64,000 nucleotides of DNA. It comes from Sterolibacterium sp. Lineage in GTDB: Bacteria > Pseudomonadota > Gammaproteobacteria > Burkholderiales > Rhodocyclaceae. Under the pieces are notes generated by a model, which had not been told where the DNA came from, made no database searches, and worked only from the letters and a program-made list of their open reading frames with translations. The stretch covers positions 18,346-82,345 of the forward strand of contig JAGOSV010000001.1 of NCBI GenBank assembly GCA_018062105.1. The letters run 5' to 3'. Shown here one piece after another: positions 20,501 through 30,511 of the stretch. A program made the translations under genes and the position numbers. Each line of letters starts with the position of its first letter. Within the stretch, counting starts at the first letter, position 1.

Positions 20501-21250
20501 TTGAAGATACTCGTTCCCGTAAAGCGTGTGGTGGATTACAACGTCAAGGTGCGCGTCAAGGCTGACGGCACGGGCGTTGATCTGGCCAACGTCAAGATGT
20601 CCGTCAATCCCTTTGACGAAATCGCCATTGAAGAAGCCGTGCGCCTCAAGGAAGCCGGCATTGCCACCGAAGTCATCGCTGTCAGCTGCGGCGTGGCCAC
20701 CTGCCAGGAAACCCTGCGCACGGCCATGGCCATTGGTGCCGACCGTGGCATCCTGGTTGAATCCGATGCCGATCTGCAGCCGCTGGCCGTGGCCAAACTC
20801 ATCAAGGCCGTGGCCGACAAGGAACAGCCGCAACTGGTGATCTTCGGCAAGCAGGCCATCGACGATGATGCCAATCAGACCGGCCAGATGTTTGCCGCGC
20901 TGGCAGGCTGGGCACAGGCCACGTTTGCCTCGAAGGTAGTGATCGCCGACGGCAAGGCCACTGTGACGCGTGAAGTCGACGGTGGTTCGGAGACCATCGA
21001 ACTCAAGCTGCCGGCCGTGGTGACTACCGATCTGCGCCTGAACGAGCCGCGTTATGCCACACTGCCCAACATCATGAAGGCCAAGAAGAAGCCGCTCGAC
21101 ACCCTCAAGCCGGCAGATCTGGGCATCGACGTGACACCGCGTCTGACCACCCTCAAGGTGGCCGAGCCCGCCAAGCGCGGTGCCGGCATCAAGGTGGCCG
21201 ATGTCAAGGATCTGGTCAATAAACTCAAGAACGAAGCGAAGGTGATCTGA
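20501..21250 (+). CDS. etfB: Electron transfer flavoprotein beta subunit
   Basis: [36 protein letters not shown]; TTG start after GAGGA. Confidence 0.96.
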   Translation: MKILVPVKRVVDYNVKVRVKADGTGVDLANVKMSVNPFDEIAIEEAVRLKEAGIATEVIAVSCGVATCQETLRTAMAIGADRGILVESDADLQPLAVAKLIKAVADKEQPQLVIFGKQAIDDDANQTGQMFAALAGWAQATFASKVVIADGKATVTREVDGGSETIELKLPAVVTTDLRLNEPRYATLPNIMKAKKKPLDTLKPADLGIDVTPRLTTLKVAEPAKRGAGIKVADVKDLVNKLKNEAKVI

Positions 21251-22185
21251 TGGCTATCCTCGTCATTGCTGAACACAACAATGCCGCGCTGAATGGCGCG
21301 ACGCTGAATACCGTCGCCGCTGCCCAAAAGATTGGTAGCGAAATCCATGTGCTGGTGGCCGGCAGCGGCTGTGCCGAGGTGGCTGCGGCCGCCGCCAAGG
21401 TGGCCGGTGTGGCCAAGGTCAAGGTGGCCGATAACGCCATCTATGCCGAGCAGACCGCCGAAAACGTTGCGACGCTGGTCGTGGCCAATGCTGCCGGCTA
21501 TTCGCACATCCTGGCGCCTGCTACCGTCACCGGCAAGAACATGCTGCCGCGCGTCGCTGCCCTGCTGGATGTGGCACAGATTTCCGAAATCACTGCGGTG
21601 GAATCGGCCGACACCTTCGTGCGCCCGACTTACGCCGGCAATGCCATGGCGACGGTCAAGAGCGCCGATGCCGTCAAGGTCATCACCGTCCGCACCACGG
21701 GGTTTGATGCCGTTGCCGCTGAAGGTGGCAGTGGTGCGGTCGAGGCAATTGCTGCTGCCGCTGACCAGGGGCTTTCCAAGGTCATCGCCCGTGAAATCGT
21801 CAAGAGCGCACGGCCGGAACTGGGTGCAGCCAAGATCGTCGTGTCCGGTGGTCGGGGCATGGGCTCGGCCGAGAACTACAAGAGTGTGCTGGAGCCGCTG
21901 GCCGACAAGCTCAACGCTGCCCTCGGTGCTTCGCGTGCCGCCGTCGATGCTGGCTTCGTGCCCAACGATTACCAGGTTGGTCAGACCGGCAAGATCGTGG
22001 CGCCGCAGCTCTACATTGCCGTGGCCATCTCTGGTGCCATCCAGCATCTGGCTGGCATGAAGGACAGCAAGGTGATCGTCGCGATCAACAAGGATCCCGA
22101 TGCGCCGATCTTCCAGGTGGCGGATTACGGCCTAGTGGCCGATCTGTTTACCGCTGTTCCCGAACTGATCGCCGAACTCGGCTGA
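21250..22185 (+). CDS. etfA: Electron transfer flavoprotein alpha subunit
   Basis: [32 protein letters not shown]. Confidence 0.97.
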   Translation: MAILVIAEHNNAALNGATLNTVAAAQKIGSEIHVLVAGSGCAEVAAAAAKVAGVAKVKVADNAIYAEQTAENVATLVVANAAGYSHILAPATVTGKNMLPRVAALLDVAQISEITAVESADTFVRPTYAGNAMATVKSADAVKVITVRTTGFDAVAAEGGSGAVEAIAAAADQGLSKVIAREIVKSARPELGAAKIVVSGGRGMGSAENYKSVLEPLADKLNAALGASRAAVDAGFVPNDYQVGQTGKIVAPQLYIAVAISGAIQHLAGMKDSKVIVAINKDPDAPIFQVADYGLVADLFTAVPELIAELG

Positions 22186-22197
22186 TTTCGTTCGTCG

Positions 22198-22236
22198 CAG
22201 GCCGCTGCCGCCGAAATGGTGGCAGCGGCCTGTTTG
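22198..22236 (+). terminator. Intrinsic terminator after etfA
   Basis: Stem caggccgctgccgcc / ggtggcagcggcctg with loop gaaat, then ttt. Confidence 0.7.
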
Positions 22237-22372
22237 CGCTCCGGGCGCAAGTCCATGCATTGCTTATGCGTTTTCTGTGCTTATGGACGATAACGGGTCG
22301 CTGGCGGTCGTATCTGTGCCCCGGTTCCGTTGAAATACCGTCCTCCCCAACGTCATCCCGCTTTCCCTGCCC

Positions 22373-22822
22373 ATGGCCAAGACTGCCGCTGAACGCCAGA
22401 AGGCTTACCGCGAAAGACGCAGCCAGCAGGCTGGTGAGCAGCGCGTCAATACCTGGATTGCCGCACATGCCATCCGGGTGCTGAACAGTCTGGCGCTCCG
22501 TCATGGCGTGACGCAGAAGATCATGCTGGAGCGGCTGATACTCGAATTCGATGACGGCCGCGTGGCCTTGAAACGCGCTGCAACAGGTGCAACATCCTCT
22601 GCAACATCCTCTTCTTCCCTTCCTGCGACACCGCGCCGACGAAACACATCTACTCCGACGGGGGAGCACTCTACGGCGGCCACCGGGCAGGCCAGGCCAC
22701 GGCGCGCTCCCAGAATCCCGCGTGCCGCGCAGATGGTGCAGACCAGCCTTTGGGATGAGCCGGTCGTCGTCGTGGCAACCAGCTCCGGCAAAAAACCGCG
22801 CAACAGCCGCAAGGATGCCTGA
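22373..22822 (+). CDS. Hypothetical small DNA-binding protein (CopB/ribbon-helix-helix-like N-terminus, low-complexity basic tail)
   Basis: MAKTAAERQKAYRERR...RVNTWI...LNSLALRHGVTQKIMLERLI. Stop overlaps the earP start by 8 nt. No clear Shine-Dalgarno. Confidence 0.6.
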   Translation: MAKTAAERQKAYRERRSQQAGEQRVNTWIAAHAIRVLNSLALRHGVTQKIMLERLILEFDDGRVALKRAATGATSSATSSSSLPATPRRRNTSTPTGEHSTAATGQARPRRAPRIPRAAQMVQTSLWDEPVVVVATSSGKKPRNSRKDA

Positions 22823-24017
22823 AGCCACGCCTCCCCGGCGCTGGGATATTTTTTGCCGCGTCGTCGATAATTTTGGCGACATCGGCGTTTGCTGGCGGCT
22901 GGCGCGGCAACTGGTGATGGAACATGGCCTGCAGGTTACGCTGTGGGTCGATGACCTCGCCAGTTTCCAGCGTTTGTGCCCTGAATTGCAGGTGGACAGC
23001 GCCTTGCAAACGGTGCAGGGGATACATATCCGTTACTGGTTGGAGGGATTGCCAGAAGATGTCTGGCAATCCCTGGGCGAAGTGGTGATCGAGGCGTTTG
23101 GCTGCGACCTGCCGGCGGCCTGTCTGGCGGTCATGGCGGCGCGCCCCAGCCAGGGGTTAGGGCAGGAAGCGCTGTGGCTGAATCTCGAATACCTGAGTGC
23201 AGAAGACTGGGTGGGGGGGTGTCACGGCCGTCCATCGCCGCATCCTTGTCTGCCATTGACCCGTTATTTTTTCTTCCCCGGCTTTACGCCCGCAACAGGG
23301 GGCTTGCTGCGCGAAGCCAGGCTGCAGGAACGCCGGCGTGAGGCGGGGCAAGCGGGCGCACTCCAACAATGGCTGGCTTCGCAGGGCTTACCGGCCGAGG
23401 CGACTTTTGCCTGGAATATTTCTCTGTTCTGCTATGAAAACAATGCGTTGCCGCATTTGCTGGAAACCTGGCAACAGGCTGAACAGCCCTTGCGCTGCCT
23501 GGTTCCAGAAGGGCGGTCGCTGGTACAAGTGGCCGGACTGCTGGGGCAGGCGGCGCTCAGGGCAGGGGATTGCATCACGCGGGGCGCGCTGACGGTGCAG
23601 GCTTTGCCGTTTGTCCGACAGGAAGAATATGACCGCTTGTTGTGGGCTTGTGATCTGAATTTCGTGCGGGGCGAGGATTCTTTCGTCCGCGCACAATGGG
23701 CTGCACGCCCCATGGTCTGGCACATTTACCCGCAAGACGGGCAAGCGCATCAGGTCAAGCTTGACGCTTTCATGCGGCAGTATGCTGCCGGGCTGGAGCC
23801 GGCAGCGGCGGCGGCCTGGGAGAATTTTTGGCGGCTCTGGAATGGTGACCCGGCAGTGAATGGCAAAGAGGTGACAGCCGCCTGGCAGGCGTTTTCCCGT
23901 CATCTGGCGGCTTATGAGCGACAGGCGGCAGACTGGGCACAATACCTCGGTGAACAGGAGGATCTGGCCGGGCAACTGGTGGCTTTCAGCAAAAATTGCC
24001 ACAAAAAACCGATATAA
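22815..24017 (+). CDS. earP: EF-P arginine rhamnosyltransferase
   Basis: WDIFCRVVDNFGDIGVCWRLARQL, NLEYLSAEDW, FFFPGF, NFVRGEDSFVRAQ; directly upstream of efp. Confidence 0.96.
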   Translation: MPEATPPRRWDIFCRVVDNFGDIGVCWRLARQLVMEHGLQVTLWVDDLASFQRLCPELQVDSALQTVQGIHIRYWLEGLPEDVWQSLGEVVIEAFGCDLPAACLAVMAARPSQGLGQEALWLNLEYLSAEDWVGGCHGRPSPHPCLPLTRYFFFPGFTPATGGLLREARLQERRREAGQAGALQQWLASQGLPAEATFAWNISLFCYENNALPHLLETWQQAEQPLRCLVPEGRSLVQVAGLLGQAALRAGDCITRGALTVQALPFVRQEEYDRLLWACDLNFVRGEDSFVRAQWAARPMVWHIYPQDGQAHQVKLDAFMRQYAAGLEPAAAAAWENFWRLWNGDPAVNGKEVTAAWQAFSRHLAAYERQAADWAQYLGEQEDLAGQLVAFSKNCHKKPI

Positions 24018-24047
24018 TTCCAGATTCACTTTTTCTCTGGATCAACA

Positions 24048-24605
24048 ATGAAAACCGCACAGGAAGTCCGTACCGGCAACGTCATCATGGTGGGTACCGA
24101 GCCGATGGTGGTGCTCAAGGCCGAGTACAACAAGTCTGGCCGCAACTCCGCCGTGGTCAAGATGAAGATGAAGAACCTGCTCTCCGGCTCCGGCACTGAA
24201 ACCGTGTACAAGGCCGATGACAAGTTCGAAGTCGTCGTGCTCGACCGCAAGGAAGTCACCTATTCGTATTTCGCCGAGCCCTCCTATGTATTCATGGATG
24301 CGGAATACAACCAGTACGAAGTCGATGCCGAAAACATGGGCGATGCGCTCAACTACCTCGAAGATGGCATGGCCTGCGAAGTGGTGTTCTACAACGGCAA
24401 GGCCATTTCGACCGAACTGCCGAACTCGGTGGTGCGTGAAATCACCTACACCGAGCCGGGTGTCAAGGGCGACACATCCGGCAAGGTCATGAAGCCGGCC
24501 AAGATTTCGACGGGCTTTGAACTGCCTGTACCGCTGTTCGTCGATATCGGCGACAAGATCGAAATCGACACGCGCACTGGCGAATACCGCAACCGCGTCA
24601 AGTGA
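24048..24605 (+). CDS. efp: Elongation factor P, Arg32 (rhamnosylated) type
   Basis: Loop [25 protein letters not shown]. Confidence 0.98.
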   Translation: MKTAQEVRTGNVIMVGTEPMVVLKAEYNKSGRNSAVVKMKMKNLLSGSGTETVYKADDKFEVVVLDRKEVTYSYFAEPSYVFMDAEYNQYEVDAENMGDALNYLEDGMACEVVFYNGKAISTELPNSVVREITYTEPGVKGDTSGKVMKPAKISTGFELPVPLFVDIGDKIEIDTRTGEYRNRVK

Positions 24606-24669
24606 TGCGTTGCAGCATGATTTTCGCCGGTCGCCCGGTCCGTTGTGGCTGGCGTAAGATCATCCTTTA

Positions 24670-24708
24670 AACAAGCCACACCCGTCATCTGGCGGCTGTG
24701 GCTTGTTG
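24670..24708 (+). terminator. Hairpin after efp, possible terminator
   Basis: aacaagccaca...tgtggcttgtt inverted repeat; the U-tail is weak. Confidence 0.45.
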
Positions 24709-24742
24709 CCTCCTGCAGCCGCTTCTGGTGGGCGCGCAGGCT

Positions 24743-24769
24743 GAACCATTTCCCCATTTTTTTGTCCCA
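24743..24769 (+). promoter_or_regulatory. Putative sigmaE/AlgU-type autoregulatory promoter
   Basis: GAACCA-N16-TCCCA about 20 nt upstream of rpoE, resembling the GAACTT-N16/17-TCnnA consensus. Confidence 0.5.
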
Positions 24770-24789
24770 CCGTCCGAGAGTGACTGGTT

Positions 24790-25389
24790 GTGAGTGATCG
24801 CGAAGCAGATCAGCTTCTGGTCGAGCGTGTCCAGCAAGGGGACCAGCAGGCGTTTGGTTTGCTGGTCAGCAAGTATCAGCGCCGGCTGGCACGCCTGATT
24901 TCGCGTCTGGTTCGTGATCCCGCCGAAGTCGAGGATGTAGCACAGGAAGCCTTCATCAAGGCGTATCGCGCCTTGCCAGGCTTTCGGGGCGAGAGTGCGT
25001 TTTATACCTGGCTGTACCGGATCGGCATCAATACGGCCAAGAATTACCTGGCAGCGCGTGGCCGGCGGGCACCGACCACGACCGAGTTCGATACCGAGGA
25101 GGCGGAAACCTTTGACGATGGCGAGCAGTTGCGTGACCAGAACACCCCCGAGCGTATCCTGATGTCCAAGCAGATCGGGGCAACCGTGAATGCGGCGATG
25201 GAGGCGTTGCCGGAGGATTTGCGTCAGGCCATCGTGCTGCGGGAGATCGATGGTTTGAGTTATGAAGAGATTGCCCAGGTGATGGCGTGTCCGATCGGTA
25301 CGGTTCGTTCGCGGATTTTCCGTGCCCGTGAGGCCATTGCCGAGAAGCTGCGGCCGTTGCTGGATATTGCACCGGATAAACGCTGGTGA
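24790..25389 (+). CDS. rpoE: ECF sigma factor sigmaE
   Basis: DQLLVERVQQGD, EDVAQEAFIKAYRAL, FYTWLYRIGINTAKNYL, CPIGTVRSRIFRARE. Confidence 0.97.
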   Translation: MSDREADQLLVERVQQGDQQAFGLLVSKYQRRLARLISRLVRDPAEVEDVAQEAFIKAYRALPGFRGESAFYTWLYRIGINTAKNYLAARGRRAPTTTEFDTEEAETFDDGEQLRDQNTPERILMSKQIGATVNAAMEALPEDLRQAIVLREIDGLSYEEIAQVMACPIGTVRSRIFRAREAIAEKLRPLLDIAPDKRW

Positions 25390-25443
25390 GTGTGCTGGAT
25401 GCCGGATGCCGGGGAAACGTATGCAGGCGTGTGCAGGAGATCA

Positions 25444-25998
25444 ATGATGAAAAATGAACTGTCCTTGCTGTTCGATGATGAACTCGATGCGGATATGCAG
25501 CCGGTCGTGCTGGCAGCACTACAGACGGATCCGCAGCTGCGTGCCGTCTGGGGTGAGTATCAGCAGATTGGCGATGCCTTGCGTCGCACGCCTCATCTGG
25601 AACTGGATCTGACGGCTCGGGTCATGGCTGGCTTGCAGCACGAGCCCACCATACTGGCACCATCGGCCACGGTGACGGCTTTCCAGCGGCAGGCCGCCAA
25701 TGACAACCGTTGGTATCACGGCGTGCTGCGTGCTGCAGCGGCGGTGGCGGGAGTGGCTGTGGTCGGCTGGTTGGCGCTGTCTGCACCAGCGCCATCGGGT
25801 TCTGTTCCCGGAGCCGGCGTGGCACGGGAGGCTCTGGCACAGACCGACACCCCGGCGGCGGTTCAGACGGTGGCGGCAACCTCACCGATCGATGCCGATC
25901 GCTTGCAGCCGTATCTGATGGCGCACCAGGCTTACTCTCCCGGGAACCGTTTCGACGGGGGCGCCGGTTATGTCCGCACGGTGGCAACGATACGATGA
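25444..25998 (+). CDS. rseA: Anti-sigmaE factor RseA/MucA
   Basis: LSLLFDDEL, WGEYQQIGDALR, one membrane segment (AAAAVAGVAVVGW), PYLMAHQ. Confidence 0.88.
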   Translation: MMKNELSLLFDDELDADMQPVVLAALQTDPQLRAVWGEYQQIGDALRRTPHLELDLTARVMAGLQHEPTILAPSATVTAFQRQAANDNRWYHGVLRAAAAVAGVAVVGWLALSAPAPSGSVPGAGVAREALAQTDTPAAVQTVAATSPIDADRLQPYLMAHQAYSPGNRFDGGAGYVRTVATIR

Positions 25999-27080
25999 AG
26001 CGGATGAAGCGCGTGGGTCGGCGCTGTCTTTGCGGGCTGCTCTTGCTGTGTGGCACCAGCGTGGGGACAGCCCATGCGGCTGCGGCATCGGCATCGGTAC
26101 CGGCCGCAGCCACCCTGGCAGCTCCGGTCACCTTGCCGGTGGCTGTGCCGCTTGGTCAGGAGGGTGTGGCCTGGCTGGGCAAGGTGGTGGGGGCGGCACG
26201 CGAGCAAAACTATAGTGGCACCTTCGTTTATCGTAATGGTGGGCATGGCGAGACTTCGCGCATTACCCATCTGGTGCAGGACGGACGTGAGCTCGAACGG
26301 CTTGAAGTGCTCGACGGCAGCCCGCGTGAGGTCATCCGCGAAGGGGACGTGATTCGCTGCTATCTGCCGGAGACACGCACCCTGATCATCGAGAAACGGG
26401 ATTGGCGCGGTGCCTTTCCTGTGATGTTGCCCACCTCACTGGCCGGGCTGACGGAGTTTTACGATATCCGCAAGGGTGCGCTGGAACGGATTGCCGGACG
26501 GGATGCCCAGGTGGTGGTTCTCGAACCGCGCGATGCCTGGCGCTATGGTCACAAATTCTGGGTGGATACGGACAGTGGGCTGCTGCTCAAGGCAGGCATG
26601 CTCGATGAGCGTAATGGAACGGTGGAGACCTTCGCCTTTACCCAGCTGCAGGTCGGTGGTGCGATCGATCGCGAAAGTCTGAAACCGAAGTTCGATACCC
26701 AGATGCAGGGCTGGCGCATCCTGGACCTGCAGGCGGGGTCGCCGCGCCAGCGCAATGATCGCTGGCTGTTCAAGGTGTCGTTGCCCGGCTTTCGCAAGAT
26801 TGCCGACATGAAACGTCGCAGCTTTCATCGGCATCGTGGCTCCCATGCAGGCGCTGCGGCCGATGATGCCGCCCATCTGGTGTTTTCCGACGGCATTGCC
26901 AGCATTTCAGTCTTTATCGAGCCTCTGGGCGACAAGCCGGTACTGGGCGAGGTAACTCTGGGTGCCGTCAATATTTATCGTCGCGCCCAGGATGGTCATC
27001 TGATCATCGTGCTGGGCGAAGTGCCGCGCCGCACCCTGAAGGTGTTTGGCGACGGCATCGAGCTGCGTACCCGCCCCTGA
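25995..27080 (+). CDS. rseB: Periplasmic negative regulator RseB/MucB
   Basis: Signal peptide, NYSGTFVY, ERLEVLDGSPRE, PRDAWRYG, FSDGIASISVFIE, GEVP. Confidence 0.92.
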   Translation: MKRMKRVGRRCLCGLLLLCGTSVGTAHAAAASASVPAAATLAAPVTLPVAVPLGQEGVAWLGKVVGAAREQNYSGTFVYRNGGHGETSRITHLVQDGRELERLEVLDGSPREVIREGDVIRCYLPETRTLIIEKRDWRGAFPVMLPTSLAGLTEFYDIRKGALERIAGRDAQVVVLEPRDAWRYGHKFWVDTDSGLLLKAGMLDERNGTVETFAFTQLQVGGAIDRESLKPKFDTQMQGWRILDLQAGSPRQRNDRWLFKVSLPGFRKIADMKRRSFHRHRGSHAGAAADDAAHLVFSDGIASISVFIEPLGDKPVLGEVTLGAVNIYRRAQDGHLIIVLGEVPRRTLKVFGDGIELRTRP

Positions 27081-27105
27081 GCCTGGGCGGTCTCTGGCGT
27101 GTGAC

Positions 27106-27558
27106 ATGAAAAATCACGGGATCGTCAGGCAGCTGATCGGGCAGGAGGCCGTGGTGGAAATCCTGCCGCCCAGCGGTGGCTGCGGGCGCTGCCATGAAGC
27201 TGGCGGCTGCGGTAGCACGCTGCTCAACGAGTCGCTGCGTCCACGGCGACTGAATCTTTATCGCCTGCCCAATGTCATCGATGCCCAGCCGGGCGAATCC
27301 GTGGTAGTCGAGATTCCGGACGGAGCCCTGTTGCGGGCAGCCGGATGGAGCTATCTGTTTCCTGTCTTGCTCATACTGCTCGGTGCAGAGTTAGGCAAGG
27401 CAGCTGGTGGCGAGCTGGCTTCGCTGGTTGGCGCCGGGCTTGGGCTGGCACTTGCCCTGCTGGGTCTGCGCCTGTTGCCTCGATATCCGGCCTACCGCAC
27501 CACCGTGCCGTCCATGCGCCGTCTGCATGCCGGCGAGCTGCCCGGTGATTGCCCCTGA
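27106..27558 (+). CDS. rseC: RseC/MucC family protein
   Basis: GCGRCHEAGGCG cysteine motif followed by two hydrophobic segments. Confidence 0.88.
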   Translation: MKNHGIVRQLIGQEAVVEILPPSGGCGRCHEAGGCGSTLLNESLRPRRLNLYRLPNVIDAQPGESVVVEIPDGALLRAAGWSYLFPVLLILLGAELGKAAGGELASLVGAGLGLALALLGLRLLPRYPAYRTTVPSMRRLHAGELPGDCP

Positions 27559-27582
27559 GCTGCTATTGAGCTGCTATTGAGC
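27556..27582. repeat. 11-mer tandem repeat (TGAGCTGCTAT)x2 plus TGAGC, starting at the rseC stop codon
   Basis: Read directly. Confidence 0.85.
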
Positions 27583-27645
27583 CGTCCTTCATATTCCGCT
27601 ACCCTGCGTTTTTTCTCTTTGTCCGCTTCAAGATATGGCCTGCCC

Positions 27646-27978
27646 GTGAAACTTCCGGAACTGCAACTGACCCTCTACAGCCGCAGTTATTGTCATCTGT
27701 GTGGCGAAATGGAAGCAGACCTGCTAGCGCTGGGGCAGGTATGGGCGGGGCTTTGCACGATTGTGCTCGACATCATCGACATCGACGCCGAGGCTGAACG
27801 TCATCCACAGTGGCTGGCGCGCCACGATGAAAAAGTGCCGGTATTGGTGGCCTGCCGCGGTGAAGAGGAATTCGAGCTGTGCCATTACCACCTCGACCAG
27901 AAAACCGTATCGGCCTATCTGGCTGGTTATTTGCATGCCTTCCGGCAGGCGCAAGGCGACCGGGAGGGAACCTCATGA
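27646..27978 (+). CDS. Glutaredoxin-like protein (DUF836 type)
   Basis: LTLYSRSYCHLC, IDID, KVPVL, ELCHYHLD; GTG start assumed. Confidence 0.82.
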   Translation: MKLPELQLTLYSRSYCHLCGEMEADLLALGQVWAGLCTIVLDIIDIDAEAERHPQWLARHDEKVPVLVACRGEEEFELCHYHLDQKTVSAYLAGYLHAFRQAQGDREGTS

Positions 27979-28655
27979 ATCCTCCATCATCGGTGGCAGC
28001 AACCGGCGGGCCGGAGGCCGTGGCCCTAGCCTTGGCCTCTTGTGCGGCATGTCCGCGTCTGGCGAAGTTTCTGGCCGAGGTACGCGCGGCACATCCGGAA
28101 TACCATGCGCGGCCGGTGATGCCCTTTGGTGATCATCGTGCGCGGCTTCTGGTCGTCGGCTTGGCGCCCGGCATGCACGGTGCCAACCGTACCGGACGAC
28201 CATTCACCGGCGATCATGCCGGCATCCTGCTGTACGAAACGCTGCATCGCTACGGCTTTGCCAGCCAGCCAACCTCGCTGGCCGCCGGAGATGGCCTGCA
28301 GCTGCACGATTGCCGCATCACCAATGCCGTCAAATGCCTGCCGCCACAAAACAAACCGCTGCCGGTCGAGATTCGTACCTGCAACCATTATCTGGCCGAA
28401 GAACTGCGCGCCGCTCCGGCATTGCGGGTCGTGGTGGCGCTGGGCAGCATTGCCCACGGAGCCGTGCTCAAGGCGCTGGGGTTGCGGCTGGCAGATCACG
28501 CATTTGCCCATGGCGCACGTCACCTCTTGCCAGAGGGGCGAATTTTGCTCGACAGCTATCACTGTAGCCGCTACAACACCCAGACACGCCGCCTGACGGC
28601 CGAGGGATTCGCCGCCATATTTGCGGCGGTACGAGACGAGCTTGAGCGCGCCTGA
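27975..28655 (+). CDS. Uracil-DNA glycosylase, Fe-S type (family 5 / UdgB-like)
   Basis: CAACPRL, GLAPGMHGANRTGRPFTGD, NAVKCLPPQNKP, YHCSRYNT. Confidence 0.9.
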   Translation: MNPPSSVAATGGPEAVALALASCAACPRLAKFLAEVRAAHPEYHARPVMPFGDHRARLLVVGLAPGMHGANRTGRPFTGDHAGILLYETLHRYGFASQPTSLAAGDGLQLHDCRITNAVKCLPPQNKPLPVEIRTCNHYLAEELRAAPALRVVVALGSIAHGAVLKALGLRLADHAFAHGARHLLPEGRILLDSYHCSRYNTQTRRLTAEGFAAIFAAVRDELERA

Positions 28656-30492
28656 CGATACTCCGCCGGCCGGCTCCCCCCAGCTATTTGATGCGGCAAC
28701 CCTGCTGGCCACACTGCCGGAAGTGCCGGGGGTGTATCGCATGCTGGCGGCTGGTGGCGAGGTGCTCTACGTTGGCAAGGCCAAGAACCTCAAAAAGCGG
28801 GTCAGCTCCTACTTCCAGAAAACCGGCCTTGGCCCACGCATCACGCTGATGCTGAGCCAGGTGGCGCAAGTCGACATCACCGCCACCCGCTCGGAAGCCG
28901 AAGCCCTGATCCTGGAAAACACGCTCATCAAGCGGCTGGCGCCGAAATACAACATCCTGTTCCGCGACGACAAGAGTTATCCCTATATCGTCCTGACAGC
29001 GGATGCTGTCCCTCGTCTGGCCTTCCATCGTGGTGCCTTTCAGAGTGGCCATCATTATTTCGGCCCTTACCCCAACAGCCAGGCCGTGCGCGAGGCCATC
29101 CAGCTTTTGCAAAAGACCTTTCAGCTGCGTACCTGCGAAAACGCCGTGTTTGCCCACCGTTCACGGCCCTGTCTGCTCTACCAGATCAAACGCTGCAAGG
29201 CGCCCTGCGTCGGGCTGGTGGGGGAGGACGAGTATGCGCGGGACGTTCAGCACGCCAGTGATTTCCTGCAGGGTCGTCATGATGCCCTGATCGTTGATCT
29301 CACCACGACGATGCAGCAGGCGGCTGAAACCCTGCGTTTCGAGGAGGCCGCCCGCCTGCGTGACCAGGTTCGCGCCTTGCAGGCCGTTTTGCACCGTCAG
29401 TACGTCAGCAGCACTGGTGCCGAGAACGTCGACATCCTTGCCGCGCTGGTGGATCAGGGCTCGTTCTGTGTCAATCTGGCCATGGTACGCCACGGTCAGC
29501 ATCTGGGTGACCATGCCTATTTCCCAGCGGCCGGGCAGGGTGTTGCTCCCTGGCAAGGAGAGGAAGGCAGCGGTCTGCTGGCCTTCATCGAGCAGCACTA
29601 TCTCGACCATCCGCCACCGGTGCGTCTTATCGTCAACCAAGCCCTGGGGGCGGCAGGCAAGGATTTTTTTACTGTCGCACATCCCGGGGTCAGCGTGGCA
29701 CAGCCCCGCAACGAACAGGAACGTGCCTGGCTGACGATGGCCGAGCAGAATGCGCGGCTGGCCATCGTTGCCCGTGCCCATGCCCGGCGCAGCGCCGGTC
29801 AGCGCCTCGAAGCCCTGGCTACCGTCCTCGGGCTGGCTGAGCCGCCGGTGCGCATCGAATGTTTCGACATCAGCCACACCCAGGGAGAAGGAACGGTGGC
29901 CTCCTGCGTCGTCTGTGTCGATGGCCAGATGAAAAAGGCGGATTACCGGCGCTTCAACATTCGCGACATCACGCCGGGGGATGATTATGCTGCCATGCGT
30001 CAGGCTCTGACACGGCGCTATGAGAAGGTGGCGACAGCTGAGGCCGTCGCCCCTGACCTGATCCTCATCGATGGTGGCAAAGGGCAGATGCGTGTGGCCC
30101 ATGATGTTTTTGCTGAGCTTGGGCTGGCCCAGTTGGTCAGTGTCGGCGTGGCCAAGGGCGAGGCGCGCAAACCAGGAATGGAAACACTGCTGCTGGGGGA
30201 TGCCTTAGAATCGCTGCATTTACCTGCCCACCACCCGGCCTTGCACCTGATCCAGGAAATCCGCGATGAAGCGCACCGTTTTGCCCTGTTTGGCCACCGC
30301 GCACGGCGGGACAAGGCGCGTAGCCACTCCCGTCTCGAAGACATTGCCGGGGTCGGGCCGCAGCGCCGGCGTCGCCTGCTGGCCTATTTCGGCGGGTTGG
30401 CCGGAATCCGCACCGCCACTGTGGAAGACCTGTGCCGGGTGGAAGGCATCAGCCGCCTGCTGGCACAGAAAATCCATGACGCATTGCATTGA
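28642..30492 (+). CDS. uvrC: Excinuclease ABC subunit C
   Basis: PGVYRM, YVGKAKNL, RDDKSYPY, RIECFDISH, LIDGGKGQ, RDEAHRFA, HhH motif. TTG start at 28642 assumed; ORF track gives 28621. Confidence 0.97.
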   Translation: MSAPDDTPPAGSPQLFDAATLLATLPEVPGVYRMLAAGGEVLYVGKAKNLKKRVSSYFQKTGLGPRITLMLSQVAQVDITATRSEAEALILENTLIKRLAPKYNILFRDDKSYPYIVLTADAVPRLAFHRGAFQSGHHYFGPYPNSQAVREAIQLLQKTFQLRTCENAVFAHRSRPCLLYQIKRCKAPCVGLVGEDEYARDVQHASDFLQGRHDALIVDLTTTMQQAAETLRFEEAARLRDQVRALQAVLHRQYVSSTGAENVDILAALVDQGSFCVNLAMVRHGQHLGDHAYFPAAGQGVAPWQGEEGSGLLAFIEQHYLDHPPPVRLIVNQALGAAGKDFFTVAHPGVSVAQPRNEQERAWLTMAEQNARLAIVARAHARRSAGQRLEALATVLGLAEPPVRIECFDISHTQGEGTVASCVVCVDGQMKKADYRRFNIRDITPGDDYAAMRQALTRRYEKVATAEAVAPDLILIDGGKGQMRVAHDVFAELGLAQLVSVGVAKGEARKPGMETLLLGDALESLHLPAHHPALHLIQEIRDEAHRFALFGHRARRDKARSHSRLEDIAGVGPQRRRRLLAYFGGLAGIRTATVEDLCRVEGISRLLAQKIHDALH

Positions 30493-30511
30493 CCGCCAGG
30501 ACTGACTGAAC

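Noticed and set aside
22587-22814. Longer 476-aa version of earP
   Set aside because: EarP motifs begin after the ATG at 22815, and the extension overlaps the 149-aa ORF in another frame.
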